From: Hemiscyllium ocellatum
Lineage: Eukaryota
NCBI RefSeq assembly: GCF_020745735.1
Contig: NC_083410.1
Span: 9,150,117 to 9,214,116 of the forward strand
Length of the DNA: 64,000 bases
Direction: 5' to 3'
Below are positions 36,104-49,411 of this stretch, piece by piece. Below the pieces are notes generated by a model, which saw nothing but the letters and a program-made list of their open reading frames with translations, did not search any database and was not told the origin of the DNA. Position 1 is the first letter of the stretch; each line of letters starts with the position of its first letter. The position numbers and the translations under genes were made by a program.

Positions 36104-38104
36104 GACATCGAACAATTCTTCCGCCGCCTTCGCCTCCGTGTCTACATCTTCAACCAGGATTCTGGCCCACCCTCTGACGACCCCTTCTCCCGCCTCCAAC
36201 ACACCCCATCCACCTGGACGCCCCGTGCTGGCCTCTTACCTGCCCTCGATCTCTTCATAACAAACTGCCTCAACTTCTCCACCCCCTCACCCACTCCAAC
36301 CTCTCATCCTCTGAACGTGCAGCCCTCCACTCCCTCCGTTCCAACCCCAATCTCACTATCAAACCGGCAGACAAGGGAGGCGTGGTGGTAGTTTGGCACA
36401 CTGATCTTTACACCGCTGAGGCTAAACGCCAGCTCGCGGACACCTCCTCCTACTGCCCCCTTGACCATGACCCCACCTCCCACTACCAAACCACCATCTC
36501 CCAGACCATCCATATCCTCATCTCCTCAGGGGATCTCCCACCCACCACCTCCAACCTCATAGTTCCACAACCCCGCACCGCCCGTTTCTACCTCCTGCCC
36601 AAAATCCACAAACCTGACTGCCCCGGCCGACCCATTGTCTCAGCCTGCTCCTGCCCCACCAAACTCATCCCTGCATACCTCGACACGGTCCTGTCCCCCT
36701 TAGTCCAAGAACTCCCCACCTATGTTCGGGACACCACCAAAACCCCCCACCTCCTCCATGATTTTCGCTTTCCCGGTCCCCAACGTCTTATCTTCACCAT
36801 GGACATCCTGTCCCTGTACACCTCCATCCCCCATCACGAAGGACTCAAAGCCCTCTGCTTCTTCCTTTCCCACCGTACCAATCAGTACCCTCCTCACTCT
36901 GAACAACTTCTCTTTCCAATCCTCTCACTTCCTCCAAACCAAAGGAGTAGCCATGGGCACCCTCATGGGCCCCAGCTATGCCAGCCTCTTCGGAGGATAT
37001 GTGGAACAGTCCATCTTCCACAGCTACACTGGCACCACCCCCCACCTTTTTCTCTGCTACACTGGCGCTGCCTCGTACTCCCACGAGGAGGTTGAACAGT
37101 TCATCCACTTTACTAACACCTTCCACCCCGACTTCAAATTTACCTGGACCATCTCAGACTCCTCCCTCCCCTTCCTAGACCTCTCCATTTCTATCTCAGG
37201 CGACCAAATCAACACGGACATTTACTATAAACCGACCGACTCCCACAGCTACCTAGACTACACCTCCTCCCACCCTGCCCCCTGTAAAAACGCTATCCCA
37301 TATTCCCAATTCCTTCATCTCCGCCGCATCTGCTCCCAGGAGGACCAGTTCCAATACCGAACAACCCAGGTGGCCTCCTTCTTCAAAGACTGCAATTTCT
37401 CCCCAGACATGGTCAACGATGCCCTCCACCGCATCTCCTCCACTTCCCGCTCCTCCGCCCTTGAGCCCCACCCCTCCAATCACCACCAGAACAGAACCCC
37501 ACTGGTCCTCACCTACCACCCCACCAACCTCCATATACATTGTATCATCCGTCGTCCTTTCTGCGACCTCCAAACGGACCCCATCACCAGGGATATATTT
37601 CCCTCCCCTCCACTATCAGCGTTCCGAAAAGACCACTCCCTTCGCGACTCCCTCGTCAGGTCCACACCCCCCACCAACCCAACCTCCACTCCCAGCACCT
37701 TCCCCTGCAACCGCAAGAAATGCAAAACTTGCGCCCACACCTCCCCCCTTACTTCCCTCTAAGGCCCCAAGGGATCCTTCCATATCCACCACAAATTTCC
37801 CCTCCCCCCCCACCTTGTCTCAGTCCCAACCCTCGAACTCAGCACCACCTTCCTAATCTGTAATCTTCTTCCTGACCTCTCCGCCCCCACCCCCACTCCG
37901 GCCTATCACCCTCACGTTAACCTCCTTCCACCTATCGCATTTCCAGTGCGTCTCCCCCAAGTCCCTCCTCCCTACCTTTTATCTTAGCCTGTTTGGCACA
38001 CTTTCCTCATTCCTGAAGAAGGGCTCATGACCGAAACGTCGATTCTCCTGCCCTTTGGATGCTACCTGACCTGCAGCGCTTTTCCAGCAACACATTTTCA
38101 GCTC
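36104..38104 (+). mobile_element. Penelope-like element (Neptune-type), RT region with internal deletions, 3' hammerhead motif
   Basis: IKPADKGGVVVV, FYLLPKIHK, GRPIVS, FTMDILSLYTSI, QTKGVAMGT, LPFLDL, YYKPTD and PCNRKKCKTC motifs. 38009-38044 reads attcCTGAAGAagggctcatgaccGAAAcgtcgatt. Confidence 0.95.
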
Positions 38105-38612
38105 TTCCTACTCAATACAGGATATATTTGGCATAGAGGGAATGTAGTGGATATTCACTAGTCTGGTACAAGGGAAGGCAGACCTGTCAAATGAACACAC
38201 ATTGATTCAACTGGGCATGTATATACTGGAGTTTAGAAGGATGAAAGGGGATCGAATTGAAATGCATAATATTCTAATAATGTTGGACAGACTAGATGCA
38301 TGGAAGATGTTTCTCTGGTTGGGGAGCCTGAAACCAATGGACACAATCTCAAGGCACAGGGTAAACTATTCAGGTCTGAGATGAGGAAAACTTTCTTCAG
38401 GGTAGTGAACCTGCAGAATTCTCTCCCACAGAATGTTGTGAAGACCAAGTGATTAAATTTATTCAAGAAGATGACTGATGATTTTTTTTTAGATTTTAAA
38501 GGGTCTGGAGAGAAATCAGGAATTGGCATTGAGACAGAGAATCAGCCATAATCATATTGAATGGAGTGCAGGCTAGAAGGGCTGAATGGCTCACTCCTGC
38601 TCCTAGTTTCTA
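38105..38612 (+). mobile_element. Old CR1 LINE 3' end (continuation of the host element split by the PLE)
   Basis: LGMYILEFRRMKGDRIE motif; tail gggctgaatggc..ctcctgctcctagtttctat. Confidence 0.8.
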
Positions 38613-39315
38613 TTGCCTCAAAATCAAAACTGCGGACATCAAATCCACCTCCAGGATGAGGAGAGATAGAGAAACAGTTCAGACTTGGCCACTTTACACA
38701 GAATACAATGGAATTATCTGCCAAGGGAGAAATGTAGACAGATAGTGTGGAAATATTACAGGATTTGGTAAGTATTTCAGGGAGTGAATGATTGCGAGCT
38801 GTGCATTTGGGATGGCCAAATGGACAGAAACTGCTTCTGCTCCAAACTTGTTATTATTTTTACAATTTAACAATGTAAAGTAGACAGCCAAGTGTACATA
38901 CCACTAGACTGCATGAGATTTGCTACAACTGAAGGATGGGTGTTAATGAGTCTTGTAGTCCTTTTAAAACGATTTGATTTCCAACAGTGTGTGATAGAAC
39001 TCATGATAAATCTGCTTCAAGACTCTTTCTCGAGAGTTATGACCAAAACTGGTTCAACCTGTTCTTCCAAAATACGTGTGCCTGTATGCACAGCTTGCAA
39101 ATTATTTCCAATCTTGAACAATATAAACAGTCTGCATTTCTCATTACTGTTCATGAAATTCTGTACATGGAGAAGTTCACATGACCTTAACAGCCCTGTA
39201 ATTCTTCAAACCTATTCCTTTCCCTTCACTCTCCTGGTTCATGAAAAGGAGTAACCCATTCCAGTCTCAAGCATGTCCTCCTACACCAGAATTTTCAGAA
39301 TACTTTTGATAATCG

Positions 39316-39945
39316 AGTTAGAGAGTCACAAAGCATGGAAACAGACTCTTCAGCCCAATTCGACCATGCCAAACAGACGACATAATCAGATCCAGTCCCA
39401 TTTGCCAGCATTTGGTCCATTATCCAGTTAAACCCTTCATATTCATATACCCATCCAGAAGCCTTTTAAAAGCTGTAATTGTATTTGCCTCAGTGGATTC
39501 CTCCAGCAGTTCGTTCCATACACACATCGCCCTCTGCATGGAAAAAGTTACCCCTCAGGTCAAAAAGTCATACAGCATGGAAACAGACCCTTCGGTCCAA
39601 TCAGTCCATGCCGATCATAATCCCAAACTAAAACTAGCACCACCGGCCGGTGCTTGGCCCATATCCCTCCAAACATATGAACTTATCCAAATGTCTTTTA
39701 AACATTGTAACAATACCTGCATCTACCACTTCCTCTGGAAGTTCATTCCACACATGAACCACTCTGTTAAAAAGTTGCTAATTTTAAAAAAAAATCTTTT
39801 TCCTCTCACCTTAAAAACATCCCCCCCATCTTGAAATCCCCCACCCGAGGGAAAATACACCTGCTTTTCATCTTTTCTATACCCTCCAGTGAAAAAAGTC
39901 CCAGCCTATCCACCCTACCGTATCCTGCCTCTCCTTACAACCCTC
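39316..39945 (-). mobile_element. Two stacked CR1 3' ends
   Basis: Antisense tails begin near 39320 (agagtcacaaagcatggaaacagac) and 39567 (agtcatacagcatggaaacagaccc). Confidence 0.85.
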
Positions 39946-40518
39946 AATTCTATTTTGGAAAAAGACCTTAGCTATTCGATTAGCTGGCAAGTATAAAGCA
40001 TATAGGATATGGGTGTAATATATTGGCATGGATTGAGAATTGGTTGTCAGATTGGAACAGAGTTGGGGGAGATAAATAGGTCTTTTTCTGAGTGGCAGGG
40101 AATGACTAGTTGGGCCAAGCAAGAATCATTGCTACAGGGTCATCAAATGAAGCTTTATAGGTAGAACTTAGGGGAAATAAAATGGGGCAGTCACACTGAT
40201 ACAAGTGTGTTACAGGCTCCCAAACAGCCAATAGGCAATTGAGGAGCAGATATGTAGACAATTCACTGAGGTGTGTAAAAGTAATAATGGAGTGATAATA
40301 CGGCGGGGGGTTCAACTTTGCCAACATTAATTGGGATAATCATAGTATAAAAAGTTTAGAGTGGGTTGAGTAATGTATTCAGCACAGCTTTTTATATCAG
40401 CATGTAGATGGCCATACAGGGATGGTGCTGTACTGGACCTTATTCTGGGGGAAAAAAATGGAAAGGTGGACAAGGCAGCAGTGGGAGAGCATTTCAGTGA
40501 TAGCAAAGGAGATATTTA

Positions 40519-40790
40519 GGAAAGAGATCAATCTGAGACTGGTACAGTTGAGAACAGAAGCGAGTCAAACAGTCAGGGCAGGCAGGAACAAGATAGGACT
40601 AATAAATTAAACTGCATTTATTTCAACGCAAGGGGCCTAACAGGGAAAAAAGGCATTTAGATGGGTACATGAATAGGAAAGGTTTGGAGGGATATGGGCT
40701 GGGTGCTGGCAGGTTGCTGGCAACTAGATTGGGTTAGGATATCTGGTCAGCATGGACCGAAGGGTCTGTTTTCATGCTCTGTGACTCTGT
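40519..40790 (+). mobile_element. Internally deleted CR1: ORF2 start joined directly to the 3' end
   Basis: KLNCIYFNARGLTGK (endonuclease start) abuts KRHLDGYMNRKG and the 3' tail. Confidence 0.75.
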
Positions 40791-40794
40791 ACAG

Positions 40795-41290
40795 AACTAG
40801 CAGTTATGGTCACCACACTGTAGGAAGGGTGTGACTGTGCTGGAGAGGGTGCAGAGGAGATTCACCAAGATGGTGCCTGGGATGGAGTACTTTAGCAATG
40901 AAAAGAAGTTGGATAAGCTTAGGTTATTTTCTTTGGAGCAGAGAAGATTGAGGGGATCCTGCTAGAGGTTTATAAAATGATTACAGACATGGACAGGACG
41001 GATAGAAAGCAGTTGTTCTCCTTTGTTGAAGGGTTAGTAACAAGCGGGCACATCTTTAAGATAGAAGACAAGAGATTTTGAGGGGATTTGAGGAAAAATT
41101 GGTTCAGCCAGTGGGTGGAGGAGGTCGGAAATGCACTGACTGGGTGGGTAGTTCAAGTGGTAACCTCACCACCATTAAATAGTACTTAGATGAACACTTG
41201 AGATGTCATAACATTCATGGCTATGGATTTAGCGTAGTTTTGGCAGTACAGACTCAAGAGCCAAAAGGCCTTTGAAAACTACATGACTAA
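40795..41290 (+). mobile_element. Old CR1 LINE 3' fragment
   Basis: VLERVQRRFTKMVPG and LGYFLWSRED-like motifs. Confidence 0.75.
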
Positions 41291-42269
41291 ATGATTAAGT
41301 TAAAATAAAAGTTCCAAAATCACAGGATTTTGGAAACATAGGTGTTTCCATTTTAACTTCACCTTTTCATTGACATGGTTTTACAATTACATACAGAAAC
41401 TTTAGAAGTGTGCAGATATAAAGCAAACAACTCGTATATGGCTTTGATGGAAAACTAAATGGAATCAACTCATGCCTGAGGACAGTAAAATTCCACAATG
41501 CTGTCAAATAATCGCTGAATTTGAATATCAAAATCACCACGAACTGATTTTCACCCGGGAATTTTGGTAACATAGTTCACCACATAGTCTTATCCTCGAT
41601 GTTGAAATCGAGAGTCACAACACCATGGTCTACTTGAATGTATTATTTTCTAACACTTCAAGGCCAACTCGACTCAACTACAACTGCTAATATAGTGCTT
41701 TCAAAGTGGTAAAAGATTTTCTCTCTCTTCCTTCTGCAAGGCTATTAAAACCTAGACCACAAGTCAACTGGTCCTACATCCTCCTTTTAGACTCTCCTTA
41801 ACCTCAATAGTGTCCTGCAAGTGTCAATGAGTGTCCTTTGCCTGGGTTACTCAGTCACGATTTTGTGTAAACACACCTTATTACTAAATTTCAAAACGTC
41901 GAGTTGACACGTCAGGATTTGGATCCAAGCATAAGTAGCAATGCACTGTTGAGCTTGGTACAGTATGTCAACAATTACAAAACAGACACGGACAATAATA
42001 CATCATGTTTGATGTAAAGGACATATCCATATGAAGAAAAAAAAACACATTTATCCAGCACTTCCTATCACGTCAGAACAACTCAAGGCACTTTCAAGTC
42101 AATTAAGTGTTTTTTTAAGTCTAACAATGTTGTACCACTAAGATTATAATAAGACATATATTTTCTTTTTGAAAGATACATACTGCTGACTTTTCAATAC
42201 GATTATTTTCAAATTCAGTAAAGCCTTACCTTTCATTGGCTCATATTCTCTCCATTTCCTGTGTGTATA

Positions 42270-42702
42270 GAGGAGAGGCTGAATAGGCTGAAGATCTTTT
42301 CTTTGGAGCATTGGAGGCTGAGGGGTGACCTTACAGAGGTTTATAAAATCAGGGGGGGCCATGGTTAGAATAAATAGACAAGGCCTTTTCCCTGGCACAG
42401 GGAAGTCCAAAACTAGAAGGCACACCTTTAAGAAGAGAGGGGAAAGGGGATCTAAGGTGCAACTTTTTCCACACAGAGGGTGGTGTGTGTATGGAATGAG
42501 CTGCCAGTGGAAATGGAGGCTGGTACAATTACAACATTTAAAAGGCATCTGGATGTGTATAATGAAAAGGAAAGGTTGAGGGGGATATGGGCCAAATGTT
42601 GGTAAATGGGACTAGATTAATTTAGGATATCTGGTCAGCATGGACAAGGTCGGCAGTAGGGTCTGTTTCTGTGCTGTAGCTCTGTATGACTATATGATTC
42701 TA
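42270..42702 (+). mobile_element. CR1 (HER1-like) 3' fragment
   Basis: RLRGDL..VYKI motif and 3' tail. Confidence 0.88.
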
Positions 42703-45700
42703 TACGCATCATCTTCAGTAAAGTATTTAGACAGGTACAGACTGAAACAGTGAATAACAACAACTCCAGTTCTCTATTAATCCACATAATTAACAAATGC
42801 TAGGAATTCCAGTGTGTGTCATGGCTCACTGTGGTGATTCAAGATGGGAGTGAGCTGATTGCACTTCTCAAAAAGTTGGCAATTAATCACTTTATGTATT
42901 TGATCCAATCTACCAGCTCCTGATCATAATGAACACCAGATCAAAGCAGCATCAGAGTCCAGTGGCACGCTGGAGCTGTTCTCCTAGCAGATTTTTACTG
43001 TACCTGCATTTTCAATCAATCAGTCACAACAGCATGAACTGGCCTCACTGTGGATAGCAAAAGATGATTGTATTATGAATCAGCACCTTCTCAGGGAAAT
43101 GGCACCAGGTAAAGACTGGAATTACTTGAAACAAAAAAAATGCAAATTTTGATGCATTATGGGAAAAACTGGTAAACTACTGGTTTGAGGTGAATCACAA
43201 AAGTACCACTCATTGATTCCTGCACTGGAATATCTGTTATGACTAAACTCAGAGTCAAGTGGTCAACTAATCAGAGAAGTATAGCTCATATCTTATTTTG
43301 AGCATCTACGGTTCAGATGAGCAACAAGGCGGCAACTTGTAACACAAGATGGAGAGTCAGATCATGTTGTTGCTGAACTGAACAAACCAGGGAAAAGTAG
43401 TAGAAAGAAACCAAAATAGACAAAAGTTGAAATATGAATGGTAGTGCCAAATAAACACAAACTCTAAAAGAACAGCAGTTCCAATCTGAACTCAGACATT
43501 TCCATTTGGACTGTTTACAATCCCAATGGGAAAATCAACATCAGATTTCACGGAATCAGAAATTTCAATGCAGACAGCTATCGTGCCAGTGGAACAAATC
43601 AACTTCACTGCTACTTCCCAGCTCTGTAAACTCCTTTAACAAGATTAGACGGCCACTTACTACTGCATGAGATATTTTCATAATCAGCCTGTTCAGGTAC
43701 ATTGTTAGACCCCTCTGGAGTAAGTGGGAATTAAGCAATCGACTGGGTGTGTGACAGCTGTCCTGAAAGTCAGACAACAAAGAAAGAAGCTGTTTGATCC
43801 ATTATGCCTGTGCCAGTTCTCTGTACGAGCTAGCAATCTACTTGCTTTTATTTAGTACCCGAAAAACTTTTCTCCAAGTATGGTGGAGAAGTGTGGCATA
43901 ACACATCGGGACAGGCTGATAAAAATAATCTACACCCAGCTCTCTTTATTACTGAATCTATATACACTTTTCAATCATCGAGTTTAAAAAATAAACTCAG
44001 TATTTTTCCTGGGCCAAATTGTTTTTGCCAATTATCTTAAATTCTGATCAATGCTGCAGAAGTAGTTTCTCAATCTACTTTCCTGGAAACTCTCAATTTT
44101 GATCACCTTTACTAAATTTTGATTGTAATCCAATCTTTAGTCTGTATTAATGAATTCAAATCATCATCTTCAAACTTTTTTTTTCAAACTTTGATCCAAA
44201 TTTACTTCAGAATTTATGAAAAGCAAAATGCTGCAAAAACTGCAAGTTTGAAATAAAAACAAAATTTTGAAGAGAAACAAAAGGATAGGGTTCTGAAGAA
44301 TCATATCGAACTCGAAACATTAACTGCTTTTCTCTCCACAGGTGCTGCCATTAAATACTATTTTAGACAAATCAAAACAATGCTGATAGCAAACAAACCA
44401 GATGAACTTCTGAAAAAGTAACTTTTTTATTTCTATGTTTTTCCCCACGGGTTGTGGCTTGTAAGTTATCCCAATTATCCAGGGAGCAGTTAAGAATCAA
44501 TCATGATACTACGTATCTCGAGTCACACATTGGCCAGGTTAGTTAAGGATGGCAGATTTACTTCCCGAAGGGATGTTAGTAAAACAGACAGGTATTGACT
44601 ACGATCAACAATGGTTACATAATTGCAGGAAGGTAATGCTTTTTATTCCAGGTTTTAACTGAAATCAAATTTCACCACTGGCCATAGGATTCTACACCAC
44701 CTTTTAGAATATTAGCTTGGGGTTTTGGATTACTCCTGCTATTCCTACAAGAGTATCACTTTGTTCGGAGATTAAGAAATACATTCAAGGAGCAGATGTA
44801 CTTAAGAGTCACCACACTGGACCTGAAACATTGATTGTTTCTCTCTCCAATAATGTTGCCAGTCCTGCTAAGTTATTTCCAACATGTTTTCTTTTCTATT
44901 GTGAGCAGCACTCCTGGGTGGATTTGCAATGCAGAAGTAAGCCAAACAGAAAATGCTTTCTGACATTTTCTTTGTTTTTCATAGTTGGTTCATCAGTGGA
45001 TGGGCACCACAGGGGTCTTCAAAAATCAAAATATTTGAGTTGCGCCGTAAGTGGGAAACACAATTTGAAAATCAGCAAATCTCTGGACGGTTCAACTTTA
45101 TGTAGCACAGAAACAACTGGCTTATTTATTTTTCAATGATCGCAGTCATGAAATAAAACTTAGAACCAGCAGATAGAAGCAAGTTAAATGAGAAAACGAT
45201 GGTGATGTTTTTGTCATCAGGTTCAGGAGAAATTTCTTAACCCTGGGAGTAGCCATAATGTAGAACAACCACATGAAGTTACTGAGGTTAATAGCACAGA
45301 TCCATTTAAGGACAGATGACATAAACATGGGAAGGAAAAGAGGATAAGTGGAAGAAGGGTGGAGAACATTTATTGGAGCAAAAAATAATTCAACTTGTCA
45401 GGGAAGCAGACAAGTTAATGTCTTTGTCAGATTAGTGCTGCGGTCAGAAAGGGTGCAGGGTATAATTTTTATTGAATAAGTTATAAAAATAATTGGAACA
45501 ATTTGGCTCAGCATCAGATTCTAGTAAAGGATGGAAGGGACAAGACTTGAAAGAAACGTAGGCTATAGCATATGATTCATATCTTCTTGATCTTCTCTCC
45601 ATGACCATACAGGACATCCCCCCCCCCCCCCCACTTCCTTGAAGACATGCAAACATTGGGATTATCACTACTCAGTCTAAAAATATGCCTTTGGTTAACA

Positions 45701-45914
45701 CAAACATATCTGCCTTCTGCTATGTACTTTGAAACAGCATTTATTTTGGAGATTTTGATGATCTCTGGTGTTCTCATTGGCACCAACACGTAAAAAAACC
45801 TGTTTAACACTGTGAAGCAATTGTTATTTTCCTTTTGCCCTGTAACTAAGCCCTCTTGAGGCCTTGTGTCTGCGGTAATTGTTGCTTAATGGGTAACAAC
45901 CTCACCTCTCATCA

Positions 45915-46325
45915 GAAGACCATAGCACATAGGAGCAGAAATAGGCCTTTCAACTCAGGTGTTCTGCTATTCAGTGAGATCATGTTTGTGCTGACAATCT
46001 TCAACTCCACTTTCCTGGCTTTTCCATATCACCCATGATTTCCTTACTGATTAAATTCTATCTTTCACCATCTTGAATATGCTTAATAATCCACCCTCGA
46101 CAGCCCTCGATGGTAAAGAATTTCACACATTCACTACCCTCCGAGAGAAGAGAGTCCTCCACATCGCTATCATTAATGTGTGACCCCTTATTCTGCGATT
46201 ATTCGTTCTGGTCCTGGGATCTCCCACAATGGGAAACAATCTTTCTGTATCTACACTGTTGAGTTCCCTTAAATCTTGTATGTTCCAAGAAGATCACTCC
46301 TTATTCTCTGTAATCCAAGTAGTAC
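45915..46325 (-). mobile_element. Old CR1 3' fragment
   Basis: Antisense tail ataggagcagaaataggcc..; ggtaaagaatttcacacattcactaccct. Confidence 0.72.
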
Positions 46326-47429
46326 AGGCAGATAAAGGGCCCAAAACCGATCACACTGTTATCTGTAGGACCTTGCTGTCACAAGTGGAGAATTCTGCAG
46401 TTTTACTTTTAATAAAGATCCTCACAAAAACTAATCAGGAAATTCTTCCTTCTCTCCCCCAGTTACAAACTTCCTCTTGTCAAGCTGGTGCAGATCACAG
46501 AAGGTTCCTAGCAAGTAAATTCTTCTGATTAGAATTCACATTACAACCCAACCTGAGGAGAAGGAAATATCACGAGGAAAAAAAACTATCAAAGTATCTC
46601 AAATAATCAATTATTTAAAAAAAAACTAAACTTTACAGAATTCATTAATTGTAAAGTAAGGATATTTTGAATCTCCAATAGTATTACTCTGGTTGCAGGA
46701 ATTTGGGGGTAACCTGTATAGAGGGTGGTCATTTTTGTAACCACATAGGTTAATTCAACGGCCTCACCCATATGTGCTCATTGGCCTCAGCAGGCCCTGT
46801 ACCTTGCTGCTTGAACAGATTTCTCCAGAAAAAATAAAGCAAAGAAGGATGTTGAGTATAATTATGCAATTTTTAAAAGGCTTAGGTGGTGAAATTCCCA
46901 TTTGTATGTTATAGAAGAAGTTGAGCTCTGCTGCTTAAAAGTTGCACAATAGGTTTCAAAGTATCATGCTATGAAAATATCACTATGGGTTACAGACATG
47001 ACGTGCATGCCTCCAGGCAAGGTACTTTGAATTGCGGGATACAATTGCCATACATTAAAAAAATTACAATCCACCTCCTGTATCTGACACAGCAGGATCA
47101 TATCTAAATTAAAGTCAGACTTCCATATGACAATTTTAACACTTCAGCTGTATGTACAGTTTTAATTGTTGGCCACGCTCAGGAGGTTGTGCTGATGTCA
47201 ATTCAGATGAAAGTCGATCTAACCTACAGAAATTTGTCAAATTTGAATAACCCTATCACTTTACATGTCACATTCTCGCATCTACTCCAAACTGAATGTC
47301 ACTGCAACAGGAAATATTTCTCTCACTCAAATACAGATCACCTATAGGGCAAGTGAAGCTACATTCTAAACTACAGTACAGTTTTGGGGGACAGAGAGGG
47401 GCCACACAAATCAATACACTTACATACAA

Positions 47430-47722
47430 AGGCGGTACAATGGCTCAGTGGTTAGCACTGCTGCCTCACAGCACCAAGGCCCCGGGTTCAATTCCAGGGA
47501 GTTTGCACGTTCTGTGTCGGCATGGGTTTCCTCTGGATGCTCCAGTGTCCATCCAAAGTCCAAAGTTGTGCAGGTCAGGTGAACTGATCATGCTAAATTG
47601 CCCATAGTGTTAGGTGCATTAGTTAGGGGGAATGGGTCTGGGTGGGTTACTCTTCGGAGGATCAGTGTGGACTATTTGGGCCGAAGGGCCTGTTTCCACA
47701 CTGTATGGAATCTAATCAAATC
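47430..47722 (+). mobile_element. HE1-type V-SINE
   Basis: ggcggtacaatggctcagtggttagcactgctgcctcacagc head, V-domain and tail. Confidence 0.92.
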
Positions 47723-48601
47723 AATCATTAAAACCTAAAGGAAAAGCCATATTGATCTGATATTGTATGTTTTTTAATTATACTGTTGGTTTCCTATTAG
47801 GAGGATGGATTGATGTGCCCTCGAGAGGACTCATTAAGAACACTGAATCAATTTATCCTTTAAAGTTATTTGTTTACATCATACAATAGAAAGGAAAAGA
47901 TTATTGGAGGAAAACTATGCCAATATATTGTGGCTGTGGCTCACTTTCTAACTGCTGACTGAAGACATTCCAAAGACTACATATTATCCATTTATATTAC
48001 CCAGAATGTTTGGCTAATGTGTCAAATAGGCTAGGGGACAAAAAGGCCCTGCTCATTTCCCTGAAGTGTTTTGTCACGACAGATAATACTCCACAGTGGA
48101 ATATACAGAAATAATTATTTACGTCCTGTCCAAGTAAAGAAAAATCTGATTTCGATTAAAGCTAAAGAGACTTCAGATCACTGAAATCTTCTAGTACAAT
48201 AGTTAACACAAAGACAAAAATAACAGGCAGAATTTAAATAGAAACAGTTAACTGGTTTAAAAACACTGCATTTATATAGAAGCTTCCAAAATACAAAGAA
48301 TCTTGCAGCCAACTAAGTACTTTTTTTGGAGTGTAGTCATTGCTCTACTGTTGGAAACGTGGCAGTCAATATGTGGTCCATGTCTTTCAGATTCTATGAA
48401 CTTCAGAATTTGTTTGAGTTTTTCTACTTTTGGCCTCTTGCACAGTTCCGATTTATATCATTTTACCAATGGTAGCTATGCTACGACAAGGAATTGACCT
48501 CAAATTTTCAAAAAATTCTTTGTCTCTCCTTTGTCTTTAACACATCCTTACAACGACTTCTTTGCCAAAAAGTTTTGATCACCTGTTCTAATCTCTTTGT
48601 G

Positions 48602-48800
48602 TGTTGCTGGTTAAAGCACAGCAGGTTAGGCAGCATCCAAGAAATAGGAAATTCGACGTTTCGGGCATAAGCCCTTCATCAGGGCTTATGCCCGAAACGT
48701 CGAATTTCCTATTCCTTGGATGCTGCCTAACCTGCTGTGCTTTAACCAGCAACACATTTTCAACTGTGATCTCCAGCATCTGCAGACCTCATTTTTTACC
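48602..48800. mobile_element. Fold-back PLE-terminus mini-element with 14-bp TSD
   Basis: TSD ctaatctctttgtg at 48588-48601 and 48801-48814. 76-bp inverted arms 48600-48675 and 48681-48756 with one mismatch. Confidence 0.95.
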
Positions 48801-49411
48801 CTAATCTCTTTGTGGTTTGGTATCATATTAATTTAGCTCATGCTACTGTGAACAGCTTTGGAATACTTTTCTACATGAGGGTAGAGGACAGATACAAAAC
48901 TGACTAAGGAAGTGATGGTTGTTTTTTTGGATTAATACAATAGAGTTCCTCTGAAGTTTAGTGCTTGAATCACTTTTGTTTAGTACATAATAATGGCTTA
49001 AATTTGGAAATTTAAAACAACATTTGAAAGTAGGAAACAGTGAGAATTGTCATTAAATTTCAACAGGACATAAACACACTGAAGAAATTCAAAATAAAAA
49101 AAGTGAGGTAATGCATTTTGAGGAGACGAATGAAGAGAGATTACTGCTAACAAGTCACTTTATTGAAGTCCAAACAGAAAAGGTTTGATCGCAGATTTCA
49201 GAAATGGATACGGACAGCAAAAGCAGTTAGTAAAGTACAATGTTGAAGATAAGGAATACGAAGGCAAATATTAATAGGCACACACATTTATGATATTAAC
49301 TGCACAAATGAGCTACGAAGACAGCTTAGCACTTCCTTCATACAGTTAATGCAACGTTACTCTGTTACCAGCCCCAATTGATTCTTCTAAAGCTTCTTCG
49401 TTATAAGCTCC

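Noticed and set aside
36382-37762. Longest ORFs in the track (237 and 346 aa) as a host gene or active RT
   Set aside because: They are frameshifted PLE RT fragments lacking the YIDD aspartates and the endonuclease.
48588-48804. Mirror-image ORFs on both strands encoding near-identical peptides
   Set aside because: A by-product of the palindromic insertion; no coding evidence.
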